Source: Lama guanicoe
Taxonomy: Eukaryota
Length of the DNA: 64,000 nt
Assembly: GCA_013239625.1 (NCBI GenBank)
Contig: MU054001.1
Location: 1,181,884-1,245,883 of the forward strand
Direction of reading: 5' to 3'
Of the stretch, positions 47,978 to 59,790 are shown in pieces; within the stretch, counting starts at the first letter, position 1, and the number at the start of each line of letters is the position of its first letter. The position numbers and the translations under genes are program-made. The notes under the pieces were generated by a model that saw nothing but the letters and a program-made list of their open reading frames with translations, was not told the origin of the DNA and did no database searches.

Positions 47978-48040
47978 AAAAAAAAAAAAAGAAAAAAAAA
48001 AAAAAAAAAAAGAAAAAAAAGAAAAAAAGAAAGCAAAAGC
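47978..48040. repeat. A-rich simple repeat (about 60 bp)
   Basis: Long A runs punctuated by single G residues. Confidence 0.9.
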
Positions 48041-50724
48041 TCAACCTAAAATGAAAGAGACCAGTTTAATTATGTATGCGTAAAAAAATAATCAAGATCA
48101 AAAAATGCTTTCATTTTCCTGGGGGAATTTTTTTGGTTGGAAATACAAATGGTTGCCGTTCTTGCCTAGAAGATGGAAAAGACACTTGCGCCTACAGCAG
48201 GCAAGGGTTTACGGAACGGTGGCTGCCGCTCTTCGCCCGGCCCTGGGAAGGGGGTGATGAACACGGTCTGAAATCAATATCAGGGAACAGTTACTGCATC
48301 TCAATATTATCTGCCGAGATGGGCTGCTGGAAGAGGATGGGGGAAGAGGGAGGTATGTCGATAGCTTTAACGAAGCACTCCACAGCCATGCACAAAGGGA
48401 GGTCAGATAACTCTCGGCAGACCAACCCCCATTGTAAGTAGTAAAAATGATAAAATCAATATTATTAAATAAAAAGTTAGCACTGCTATTGAACCCTCTC
48501 ACGATCTTGGCAGCGCCTGGCTGAAAACGAAGGAGGCTATTTTCCAGTCTCTTCAGGGGCAAATATTTAGGATCACGAACATTTGCAAAATGTGGGGGGA
48601 GAGACATACTTTTCACATAAAAACTGGGCCGTGGGAACATCTGAACAAGAGGGCCAGGTAACTGTTGCCTTGGAAGACAGCGATCCTGCCCAGCCAGGTG
48701 AACATGCACTCCGAGGGCCACTAAAGGTCACGTCATTTGCAGCTGGACTTTGCTCCTTGGTCCTTCAGGGTGACAGAGGTCAGACTGGCTCAGGGCTTTC
48801 CAGGAAAAGAGAAAGGTGCTACTTACTCTCCTTTCAAACCTTGAGACTTGGAAAAGCACCAGAAAAAAAATCATGGAGGAGAAAAAGGGGAGGGAAAAAA
48901 AAAAAAAGAAAAAAAGGAAAGGAAAAAGAGGAGGAAAACAGGGCATTCAGGAGCCGACGACTGACCTGTTCTTGTCAGCCCAGAGGACTTCAGGGACGCT
49001 TCTCAAAGCCAAGGAGGCGTTCTTTGCTGCTGGCGTTGAGTGCTTAATTGTGTAAACTGAAGGCAGCCTATAGAGCAGGTACTGAAAAAGATAAATTTGG
49101 ACTAAAGATAGCCCAGCCAAAAATTCCTATGAAAGCAGCAAGCTGCAGTCATATCTGGAGGAGGAAGGGAAAGGAAAAAAAAAAAGAAGACGACGAAGAT
49201 GAAGAATGGCTAAAACTGAGTGACAGCCCGCCGGCAAGGCTGCATTCGCTGCTCTGACCTGCATTTAAACACAGAGCGGCTTACCCTTGTGAACACCTAA
49301 AGTTGGCTTCCTTGTTTGCATTTCATAGAAACTACTATAGAAAGTAAACAAGAACCTTTGGTGAATTATTTAGCATACAAATAAACCAGCCAAGAAGGCT
49401 AAGTAGGCCTATATGAACTAACTGGATTGAAATATTCATCTGTAAATAACCCTCCAATCTGGTGCTTTCGCGTGCAAATACTACATGGAACATTAGACAC
49501 AACTAGCTTCTAGGGATATTTAGGCTCACTGGAGAGCAATTTTTATGTCTGCTGGCATCTGTGGGTAGTGATATGGACTGACTGTTAATATAACCAACAT
49601 AAAATTTATGTGAACACTCACGGAAATAGGAACACACTGTCAGACAGCTGGTGTCTGATGCGAAGCACATGCGGAGTTTATATGCGCTGCGTAAACTAAC
49701 CTTTGCAATAAAGATTTAGCAGGTTTATTAGTTTAGGAAATCGCTATAATTAAGGATAATTCATAATGGCCGCTTATCCACTCTCCAGCAATAGCTAGCT
49801 TAATTTAGGCTCCATTTCTTGGAGTCATAAATAAGTGCACTGCTATCTTCTGCACAGATGTGGCATTCAACCTGTTCACGTTGGCTGGTTTTGGCTTGTG
49901 TTTTAATCAAAAGCATTAGTAGATAAGACTATAAAAAGCACAGGGTTTGAAATAAATTAGCAAGAAATGCATAGGCAAAGTTTCTTTTTTTTAACTGTTC
50001 CAAAAAAAAAAAAAAGTAACCTCTCCTTCCAGAGGTAAAACAATTACAAATAAATAATCCTTTCAAATGTACAAAAGGAACTTTCATTTACAAACCCAAG
50101 GAGAGAGAAAAGTGACGGAGCAATAACATGAATGCAGGCCGAAGAAATATGAGTGTGACCTCTCTACAGCATTTCCATTTAACTGTGCATGTAATTAAAG
50201 CCTGACCTTTGCAAATGCAAGTACATTCTGTCTCGCTGCAGCTTCTCCTGTGCGATCCAAGATCCAAGCAGGCTTCCACAGCGCGCTCTCCTGCCTTCAG
50301 TGTCTGCTCTGAGGGACGGTTGCCTCTGCTCTCTGTCCCCACCTACAGGGACACCTTTACTGCCAGTCCGTAGCAACACCTGACACTCTCCATCCATTCA
50401 CTCACGCCATCTTTGAGTTCCAGCCCGTGCACTCTGCAATCACTCAGGGCAGGAGTCAGCAAAACGCGACCAATGGCAGAACGCGGGTCTCATCAGCATC
50501 TCTGATCCCAACTGGTTGGTGAGCGTGCCCTAGGTGTGGGACATGCTGCGAAGCCCTCCCTGGCCTGGTCTGAACATCCAGCCAAAGGAGATCTTCTTGT
50601 GAGATCTCCCCCAGGGAACTGCAGCTTGATTGACATGGGAATTTGGAATCATATTAAGGGTGAAGCTCTACAGAGACTTAACGAGTAGCTTTGCTCTTGA
50701 GATCTTCTTGATTGTGGCGTTAAT

Positions 50725-51105
50725 CCTGGTGTAATGGAAAGGGTGTTGGTTTAAGAGTTGGAAGGTTTGGGATATGTTTCCCAGCTGTGTCACTTGTCAT
50801 CTGCTGTGTCCCTAAGAGAGCCAGTCAGCCTCCCCAGACTTCAGCCTCCTCATCTGCAAAGTGGGTCGTGATCACCTGTCCAAACTACTGCGTGGGCTAC
50901 TATCAGGACCTGCCTGGAACCTCTGGAAACACTGCCCACGAATCTCCCGGGACAGCAAAAATGCTCTGGTGAATTCTAACCGAGCCACTTGGGAGTGGGA
51001 CCTCTCCATCTCCGAGTTTTCCTGTAGTAAAGCAGGGTCCGTGATAGCCGAGTCACCTCACCACGTATGAGGATCAAGAGGAATAACGTGTGCAAAAGTG
51101 GTTAG
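50725..51105 (+). mobile_element. MIR fragments
   Basis: ggtgtaatggaaagggtgttgg...cagcctcctcatctgcaaagtggg; gagtttTcctgtagtaaagcaggg..gaggatcaagaggaataacgtgtgcaaaagtg. Confidence 0.6.
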
Positions 51106-54100
51106 CCATCTCTGAAGAGCACTGCTGCGTAGGACCTGTGCGCTTGGACCGGGTCTCCTCCTGCTAGTTTCCAAAGGTGCAGTTGGTCCGCGGGTTCCGA
51201 AGTCACCAAGGGCCCCCACGACCACTCAGACCGGGGTGGTGGTGTGAGGGTTTGAGGGGACGTGATGCCAAAATAAGCTGGGTGTGTCACTTTTAAAAAA
51301 TTATATCTTAATACCAGAATAACTGTTTGATTCCTGGGAAAGGACGGAAGTTGGCTGAGTTATCTCTGTGAGCAGTTTGGCCTGGTGAACACGGGGAGAG
51401 CCAGTGATACGGTAAGAGAAACTCTCCAGAAGGAATTTCTCCCCCAAAGCAGTCTCCTTGAGAAGTTGGGTGTGGAGCTAGAATTGAGGAAATGAGCATG
51501 ATATGATACATTTTTATGGGCAAATTCAGTAGTCAGTGTCCTGACCATGAAGTTGGCACATACACAGAGGAGGATAGAAAGGGTAATGGGACAGGCGTTA
51601 GCACAACTCAGCTCTCCCCAGTCTCGGTGTCTTGCTGACGGTGGCCACTGTGGTCATCCAATGAGAATGGGCCTTCCAATGGGTAGGTAGCAGCTTGGTA
51701 GGATAATCTGTGCAAATGAGAGGGAGGAGAGGGACAGCCAGGGAAAGGCCCCTGGCTTGCATTTTATCACCAAGGCCCTGAGAAGTAGCATGACCTTGGC
51801 TCGCAAGTTAATAAAAAGAGCCAAGAGTTCCCTTCAGTCTTCTGAGCCCCGGGTATCTGGCAGGCTCACCTGTAGCCCCATGATGGCAAGTGGCCCACCC
51901 TCTTTTTTTATTTACGGACGGGCCTATTTAATCAGGTGTGCACTGGGAGATTTATATCCTGTTACAAAAGTGATCTTGGCAAAATAAAAAGCTAATGCCC
52001 TGGGTTGTAAAGCAGCACTGGATCACAGAATGAGGGAGCAAGTGGGGTCAGGGAACGGGCTTGCCCTTCCCCACTCCAGCATTTCAGACTGAAAGTATTA
52101 GCCCCAAATGAGGAACATATTTATCAGGAAAATCTTTTATTCTTTTAAAAGAGAGTTTCCTTTAGGAGTCAAAGTTCACAGGAACATTTACCATTCTGGG
52201 GCCCAAATTGACATCTTTAATAAGGCTTCTGGAAATTCAGAATTTAAATCATGGTTAGAATGAGAGGATCAAAACATGTCACCCCAAGAACCTAGGGTCA
52301 AAAAAAAAATGTTTTCATTATAGCTGAATGGCTTTAAAACATTCTTAGCCTCCCCAGATTATAAACTAAAATCAAGAATCTTAAAGGCAACAAACAGGCC
52401 CCAGGGTTTTCTAAAGAAATATCTGGTTGCCAGGGTCTGACTCGACAGGAGAATAAATGTTTAAATAAGAGAGACCTCAAATAGAGGTGGTAACAGTAGG
52501 AAGAGTAGCAGCAGCATTAATGGTAGTAATAGTTTAAGCTACATGAAACAGGTTTTTGAGGCAACAAGGGTTCCAGAAAGACAAGGATTCTATATTAAGC
52601 TCCTAGAAGTCAAATTAGCAGGGTAGGTATGGTTGTGAGAGGTTCCGCACATTTCCACCTGTGACAAGGCACCTATAAAAGTAGGTGGCAAAAACAACAG
52701 CAAAGGAATATGGCAAAAGGATTCATTTGGGCTGGGGGGGGGGAGACAATTATTGTAATTCCTTTCTTTAAAAAAATTATTACATTCAAACAGGCAGAAC
52801 CAGGACTTGACAGGTGAGTCCCTGTACCCAGCATACAGCCATCTTTCCAACGCCGGCAATCTGATCGCTGTCACGGAAAACGGATGCTTGGTCGCTGGTT
52901 TTCTCTCCTTCCTGCCTCCTGCGAAACTGCACATGAGACACACGACCCTCTCTGTCTGAAACCTCTGGATCCCCAATATGGTTATGTTTTATCCCTGGAA
53001 TCAAAACAGTCTTTCTAGATAAAAGAAAGAAAAGAGCTTCTGTCCCAACCCCTTGATGGAGACCCAAGGAGATTCTGACTCTTACCATATATGCTCATTT
53101 TTCCCTTGAAATCTATTTCGTAACTTTCCAGGAAGATTACAGGGCACAGCCAGGCATTCACAACCTCAAGAATAATTAAAACAAGGCCGCGTATCCCGCA
53201 CAGTAAGGACAGTGGGCTTCAGGACTGCACATCGCCGTGCTGGGCGGATCTCCAGCCCAACTGGGAAACGGCAGGTCCCGCCTAGAGCCTGGTTTTCTGA
53301 GTGATTCCCTCAGACTTTCTTCCAGTGAAGAAAAGCAGATTCCCAACCAGAAATAACAAACGTCTCCCGCATAAAAGATAAATCTGAGGGCCTCTGCCTC
53401 CCCCTGCCCTTTGCCTGGTGCCCCCGACACGGACGCCTGAAGCAGTCATATTTTGCTAACTAGCAAAACGTGGATTCATTTGATTTGCAGATGGGGACCC
53501 CTATTGGTCTGAAAAAAATCCCAGGGAAAATGGAAACAGAACACAGCCTTCTTCACCAAATATGCCTGAACTTACCAATAAAAAGACACAACGTTCACAG
53601 TTCCATTTCGCCAAGAAAGAAAAATACAGATGTAGTGTTGAAATCCTCTCCCCTGCCTTCACCTGCACCAACAGATGCCTCTCTGGGAAAACCCCCCCGC
53701 CGTGAGGCTCTGAAGTTCACCTCCCCGCACACCCCGCAGGGGCAGGGGCACGTGCACGTGCACGCGTCACTCCAGCCGCCTGTGTCACCGGGGCTGCCGT
53801 CCATCTCTCTGCTGACAGATCTCCGTGTTGGGCAGGATTTCCAATCCTTCCTGACTATCTATTTGTCACTGCAGGTGAGTGGTGGCACTCAGCCTGATCC
53901 CCAGCCACTTTCACAGTTACTTATCTGTCTTTATGGATTCATCCTGTGTGTCAAGCCAGCGCATAACAGCATTACTGTCAGGGTGACAAAACTGTCCCTA
54001 GAGTGCCACAAATGATTCTCTCTCCTCATGGCTGCTAGCAGGGGAAACGCAGTGACACCACCTCGCCCCACTCATCCTGTTCCGGCCCGAGCCTGGTTCC

Positions 54101-56109
54101 GTGCCTGCTCTGGCGGGGAGGGCTAGTGAATGATGGGTTCAGGGGAGAGTGGCTTGTGTGGTCTCTAAAAATTACAGAGAACAAAGAGAGCAGGGCTAGC
54201 ATTCACCCCTGCCTGCAAGGCACCCAGGCTCTTGTCGTCACCTGCTCGAGGTGAGGCACCCACGTGTTTAACACCTATCACTGCAGAGGCCTGAGAGGGG
54301 ATCCCGCCCCCTACCCCCAACTCTCCAACTCCCAAGGCCTGTCACTCTGCCACCCTCCCCAGCACACAGTTAAGGAACCACAGGACTGTTCACTTGCCAA
54401 GCCTATAAGTCTGAACTACAACGGCAAGCTGAGATCCGAATGCTGTCATTTTTAGAGCAGCAATATTAACTGGAACTAATAATAAATAAGAACTTCCAGG
54501 GTACGTTGGAGTTGCCAAATGATTTGTAATCATTTTCGTGAGCTGACTGCTTCCAAAATAACATCTCATTTCTTTTCTGTTTCGAAATGGAGCCCCGGTT
54601 CCATTTTCCACCACAGGCTTCCTTCGGAATGTAATTTTGACAGCAACGTGGTGCCTGTGGCCATGTTCATTGGAAGGAAGGTTTCTGCTCTTCCTTGATT
54701 TTAATCCCACAACAGCATGCCAAAATTAAGGCAGTGAGGGGGAACACGGAGTTTTTATTGCCACCGGGAACTGGCTCGAGGATGCCACATTAAGACATGC
54801 TAGTTCTAAATCAGGTCCACAGTCCTTTCCCTGGCCTGCCCAGGGTGACCTTCTAATGCTACCAAGTGGTTTCACAGATCCTTCCGAAATCAAGGTCAGT
54901 GGAGCCCAGCTCTGTTGGCCAGGGCACACTATTATTTGGGGCTTCAATAGGTGCTAAAAAAAACAGACAGCAAGACACTCTACCCACCAGGTGGGGTCAG
55001 GTATGCAGTCTAGTTGGAAGGCTTTGCTTCCCCACTGAAAGGTCAACTGAAATACAAGTGCACGGTGCAGGCGGGCGGGCGCGTGCGCACACACGCACGC
55101 AGGCGCCAGTTCAGCTGTGCCTGGCGCTCCGCTTTGTTCTTCCCCCCCATGAGCGCTCACCATCTTGGGTTGTTTTTAAATAGGTTCAAGCTGATTTCTG
55201 ACACTGGAGAAACAAACCTAAAAGCAATTTAGAAAACACCTGCCCGTGAAGTCAGATGGCAAAATATCTAAAGCTTCTCTCGAAATCTGTGACCTCAGAG
55301 GCTGACATGGTTTGATGGGGAATCTAATGTAATAGCCTGCGAAAGCCAAGAGGCCTGTTGTCAGCAATGAAGTCTGAAAGTTAGCAGAATTAATAACACT
55401 GTACAATGGAAGAGCCCTCAAGGGACAGGGCTGCAGAACCAGGGCAGTGGGGAAAAATGACTTTTGAAGTCATTTCACTATGACATTCTGTCATCACTGC
55501 TAAACGGAAATAAAAAATCATCCGGATCGCCACATGTTTCTTTGTGTGTCCTTCCCTTATCTAATATAAAGTAATAACACCCCACCCAGGCTGGGAATGG
55601 ACCCTCGAGGGATTCCGCGCGCTCCATTTTGAATCGCTAAATGCAATCAGAATAAATGCAAGTGGGAGTCTGTTTAGCGGAGAGTGATGCCTGGTCCGCT
55701 GCCCCTCGAAAGCCAATAAATCTCAATGCTTCAACAAGAGATGAAAATAGTTATCTCATCACTGCAGTGCCAGGGCGAAATTTTCTCTGAGCCAGAGTAT
55801 TTTTATAGATGATTTATGTCCGGGAACGATAGTTATTTAGCAAAATGGCAGATAATGATGAATAGAAAGGAAATATGAACAGCAGCAAGGGAGTGGTGCT
55901 TTGCCGCCACAACAGACCAAACAAAATACCTCCATAAAGGACACGCCACAGATAATTGCTATTACACCCAAACTAGTATCTGGATGACCGCGAGTGAAAC
56001 ACAAATGCCCCCATCTGATTCAGGAAGTGATGGCTTTTTGTTGTTCTGGAATGCATGTCCCGGGAGTCTGCTAACTTTTCTTGAAGGCATACTTTGTGTC
56101 TTTAGAATG

Positions 56110-56330
56110 GCAGTTGCGAGCACCAGCTCCATTGATTGGATTCAAATCTCAGCACTGTCTCCTACTTCACGAGACCTTGGGGAAGTTGCTTAACCATTTT
56201 CCAACCTTAGTTTCCCCATCTGTAAGAAGGAGACAATTGAAGCGACCTCTTAGGTTTGTTGCAAGGATGAAACTAGGGACTCTGTACCATGATTCTTGGG
56301 CACAGGACGAATACTACAAAAATATTAGCT
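56110..56330 (+). mobile_element. MIR SINE
   Basis: ggattcaaatctcagc...gaccttggggaagttgcttaacc...ccttagtttccccatctgtaa. Confidence 0.78.
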
Positions 56331-56799
56331 ATCAGTCAGGGAACAGCCACCCAGAGACCTAGCTATTACTTGTTTAGTTTTATCCAGTCTTCTCTAATCA
56401 GTAAATCTTTCACTCGAATCCAGAGTAAGATTTGAAGAGAGGAGAGCTACCAGGGGAAAATTTGCACTCTACTGATTGGGTGGAAGACATCACCTTCCCA
56501 GAATGTTTTTCGGTCATTCCACCATCACTATCCTGAATTCTCAAGGCCTATTGAAATGGTCACCTTACTAGCTTAAGAGAGAAGTAAGGAACGAGAGACA
56601 TTATTCATGGAATTACAATGGAACGGAAGTCTATTTTAAAAATAAACAGAACTGAATTTTTGGAGCCTTTGAATAAAAGATAAGTTGACTGCACACAGAA
56701 TGTCAAAATGGAAGCGAAGGCCTTTTTTTTCTTTTTAAGCACTTTCTTCTGTACTGAAGCACTACACAAGGAAAAAAAAAAAAAAGGAACTAATTATAG

Positions 56800-57760
56800 T
56801 TTTAAATGTCCAAAACGCCATGTCCACCAAAAGCCCGGTGCTCATTAGTACTAGTAATTAACTTTACAACTGTCAACACAAACAGCACAGAGGCTGACAG
56901 ATAGAGAGGAGCTCTGAGGGTGCTAATAAATCCGGAAATAACAACTTGACACACAGATGCACAAAAGGATGCAGGTGATAAAGAAATGTTGACATCAAAT
57001 CTAATTATCTTCGAAACGGCCAACTACAGCACGAGCCACAGTAATGCACTGTTATTGGTGGTGATGAGGCCCCTCTGGAACAGGGCTTAACCACTGCCTA
57101 CAACCCAGCTTTTACAGCCCTTGTCAGAGCTGCTGAGGACAATATCAAACAGGAAATTATGAGTGCCGTGACCCCTCCAAGTCAAAAATCCAATGATGAA
57201 TATGGGCTCAGCAAGGCATAGCAGATTACCCCCTCACGAGTCCTAAAGCTGGGATGATATATGACATTTTTATCAGGCACTTTCTCAGGAATGTCACCAA
57301 GAGGGAAAATAAAGGCCCTGCAAAGAGGCGACTAGGTGAATTATGCAACTGTAATTGCCGATCATAACCTGATATGAGTTGAAATTGCTCTGTTTTCATA
57401 TTGAGATAGCATAAAATTGTCGGGAAATGCAATGGCTCCTTAATGTGGGCTAGATGAGTCTAATATTCTGATCATTTTTCACTCGGCTGCAAGGTAAATC
57501 GAGCTCCCTTAACACAGCCACTGTGGCCCAGGGCAATCGAGGGGCCCAATTTTACACTTGAATTGAGCAAATATGTGTAAACTACGATTTTTCATATTTT
57601 CTGCATGCATAAGAAGATGAAACATCTTTATCATCTGTATTGTCTTGGCTGAGCTTATACAAAATATTAGTTTATCTCTCCTACTTTGGTTCATTCCATA
57701 AGCGAGACACATAGATCTGAAGGACAGGCAATATCCCATATATAAAGCACGTCCATCTTT
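56800..57760. promoter_or_regulatory. Candidate conserved developmental enhancer
   Basis: About 1 kb repeat-free; TAAT and TGACA/TGTCA cores and retained CpGs in AT-rich context. Confidence 0.45.
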
Positions 57761-59049
57761 CATGCAGACTCACTTCACAAGCTCCCCTATTTAAAACAAC
57801 CACCACCACAGCAAAAACAGACACTGCCGCGGCATACAAAGGAAGACTTCTTTTTTAAAAGGGGAGGGAAAAAAATCCAAATAAAGGCCCTGAACACAAC
57901 CAAGCGTCCCGTCAGTCCCCTGTTCATGCATACGAGGTGGGAAAAACCCAAGTAATCTTTGGTGCCTCTCCCTAGACTACCTCCCGGTCCCCCACTTAAA
58001 TCAGTTGTACCTGCAGGAGGGTGGGATCAGCATTTTATTGCTTTCCTGCTGCGGCAAATGGAAAGAGACTCTGCCGGCTTTCTTCCTCCTTGGGGTCATC
58101 TCTGAGCCTGGGAGCATCTTGACCTCTGGTGCCTGGTCCTGTTCCTTCTTGTTCCTGGGCCCCAGTCTCTAGACGGTAGAGGACCCAGGCCCAGCAGAAC
58201 TGCCTCTTTATTGCAAAGTGAATTTTCCCTTCTACCTCTGTCACTCATCCTCAGGCCTGAGGCTGGCCACACAATGCCACCCCTGCAAAGGGCAAGCTCT
58301 GTCTAGCCTAGAGGATGGGGTCCTAGAAATGGGTCTGCTAATGAATCAGCCGTTATCTGGGCCATTACCACAGGGTCCCTCTAGAGCTGTGTTCCTTCCA
58401 CTGTGATTTAGTACAGACCATCAATATATTAGGGCTTTCCTGGCTGATGTCTTTATCCTCCCATCATTTTCTAGACGTATTCCGTTGGTAGGCCCAAGGC
58501 AAGACTCATCCTCCTGCCACGCTTGGCCTCAAGCCCCAGTGAAACTTGCATGCACACATCCAGCAAATATGCAAAACATTAAAATAATCTCATGGTTTTT
58601 CATTCTTTTAAAAATAATCAAACCATTTGCTTCTCATCAAAAGACCCCTAGATGATAGCGTGTTAGTAACAGAGAGATCAGGAAAGCATAAGGAAAACGA
58701 ACAGACTGGGAAGAACCATTCAGAATGAGCCAGATTCAGCACAGGATGCTCGCACCCCAGGCTCCAGAACTTAGGACCCTCCTTCTGTGGTGGCTGAATG
58801 GCTCCCTGGCTCCCTAATGACTCAGTGCTATATGGACCAATGCTGAACAAAGTTTGCTGGAACTGTCTAAAGCTAGGCGAAGCTAAGGTACAGCTGGGGA
58901 AAAGTGTTGCCTGTGGTGTCCTTGTGTGTGTGTGTGTGAGGGACAAGCTGTGTCAGTCTCAGGGCCGGGCCCCGCCCACCCGGTTCCAGTTTTCTCCTTT
59001 GTAGGCCCCGCTGCAGCTGGGTGGGCGGTACCTCAGTGCCCTCTGCTTA

Positions 59050-59158
59050 CATGTCCACCTCCCTCTCCTAGACTGTAAGTCCTCGAAGGCAGGGCCCTTG
59101 CCTCATCTGTCTTGGCATCTCGTACAGTCCCTGCAGAGCTGGCATTCAACAAGTACTC
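59050..59158 (+). mobile_element. L2 3' end
   Basis: ctagactgtaagtcctcgaaggcagggccc...tcatctgtcttggcatctc. Confidence 0.65.
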
Positions 59159-59600
59159 ACCCCCCAAGCTAGAGGCTTAAAACAATAAGCATTATTATCT
59201 CAGAGTTTCTGTGGATTAAGAATTTGGTCCAGGGTCTCTCACAAGGATGCAGTCAGTGTAACAGTGGGCGCCGCAGTCCTCTGAGGCTTGATTTGACCTA
59301 GAAGATACACTTCTAAGCTCAATGCCTTGGCTGTTGGCTGGAGACTTCAGTTCCTTACCAGGAGGGATTCTCCATAACGCCGCTCACTGCATGGCTGCTG
59401 GCTTCCGCCAGAGTCAGTGGTCCAGACAGAAAGACTGCAAATGACCACGATGCCTTTAATGACCTCGTTTCCCTGCCTTATTCTGTTTGTCAGAAGCAAG
59501 TCACCAAGTCTAGCCCACACTGAAAGCGAGAGGATTACATAAGGCTGAGAATACCAGGAGCTGGGGATCACTGGGGCCATCTTGGAGGCTGGCTCCCACT
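59159..59600 (-). mobile_element. MLT1 (MaLR) LTR, MLT1F/H-like
   Basis: ggcttaaaacaataagcattattatctcagagtttctgtgg...cagaagcaagtcaccaagtctagcccacact...ggatcactggggccatcttggaggctggct. Confidence 0.8.
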
Positions 59601-59619
59601 GCGAGGGTCTAAGATAACG

Positions 59620-59790
59620 ATGAATTCAACCAATGTTTATTGAGCTCCCTCCACGTGACGGACCATGTGCTGGGTGCGAGGGATACAGTGGTCAGTGGAA
59701 AGCAAGGTTACGGCTCCTGCCCTCACAGAGTTTACGATCCAGTAGGAAAACTGGGTGTTAAACAACTAGAATATGAGTGTTATGTGCGGG
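59620..59790 (-). mobile_element. L2 3' end
   Basis: attcaaccaatgtttattgagctcc...gtgctgggtgcgagggatacagtgg...cctgccctcacagagtttacgatccagt. Confidence 0.75.

Noticed and set aside
48583..49257. Lys/Glu-rich ORFs resembling NLS or acidic tracts
   Set aside because: Translation artefacts of purine-rich A/G low-complexity sequence.
53855..53880. Recursive-splice-like motif ...tttgtcactgcAG|GTGAGT
   Set aside because: It is on the plus strand, antisense to FTO. I saw no strong equivalent on the FTO strand.
53470..54015. 181-aa plus-strand ORF
   Set aside because: Non-ATG start, no recognisable domain, antisense within the intron; length attainable by chance in GC-richer DNA.
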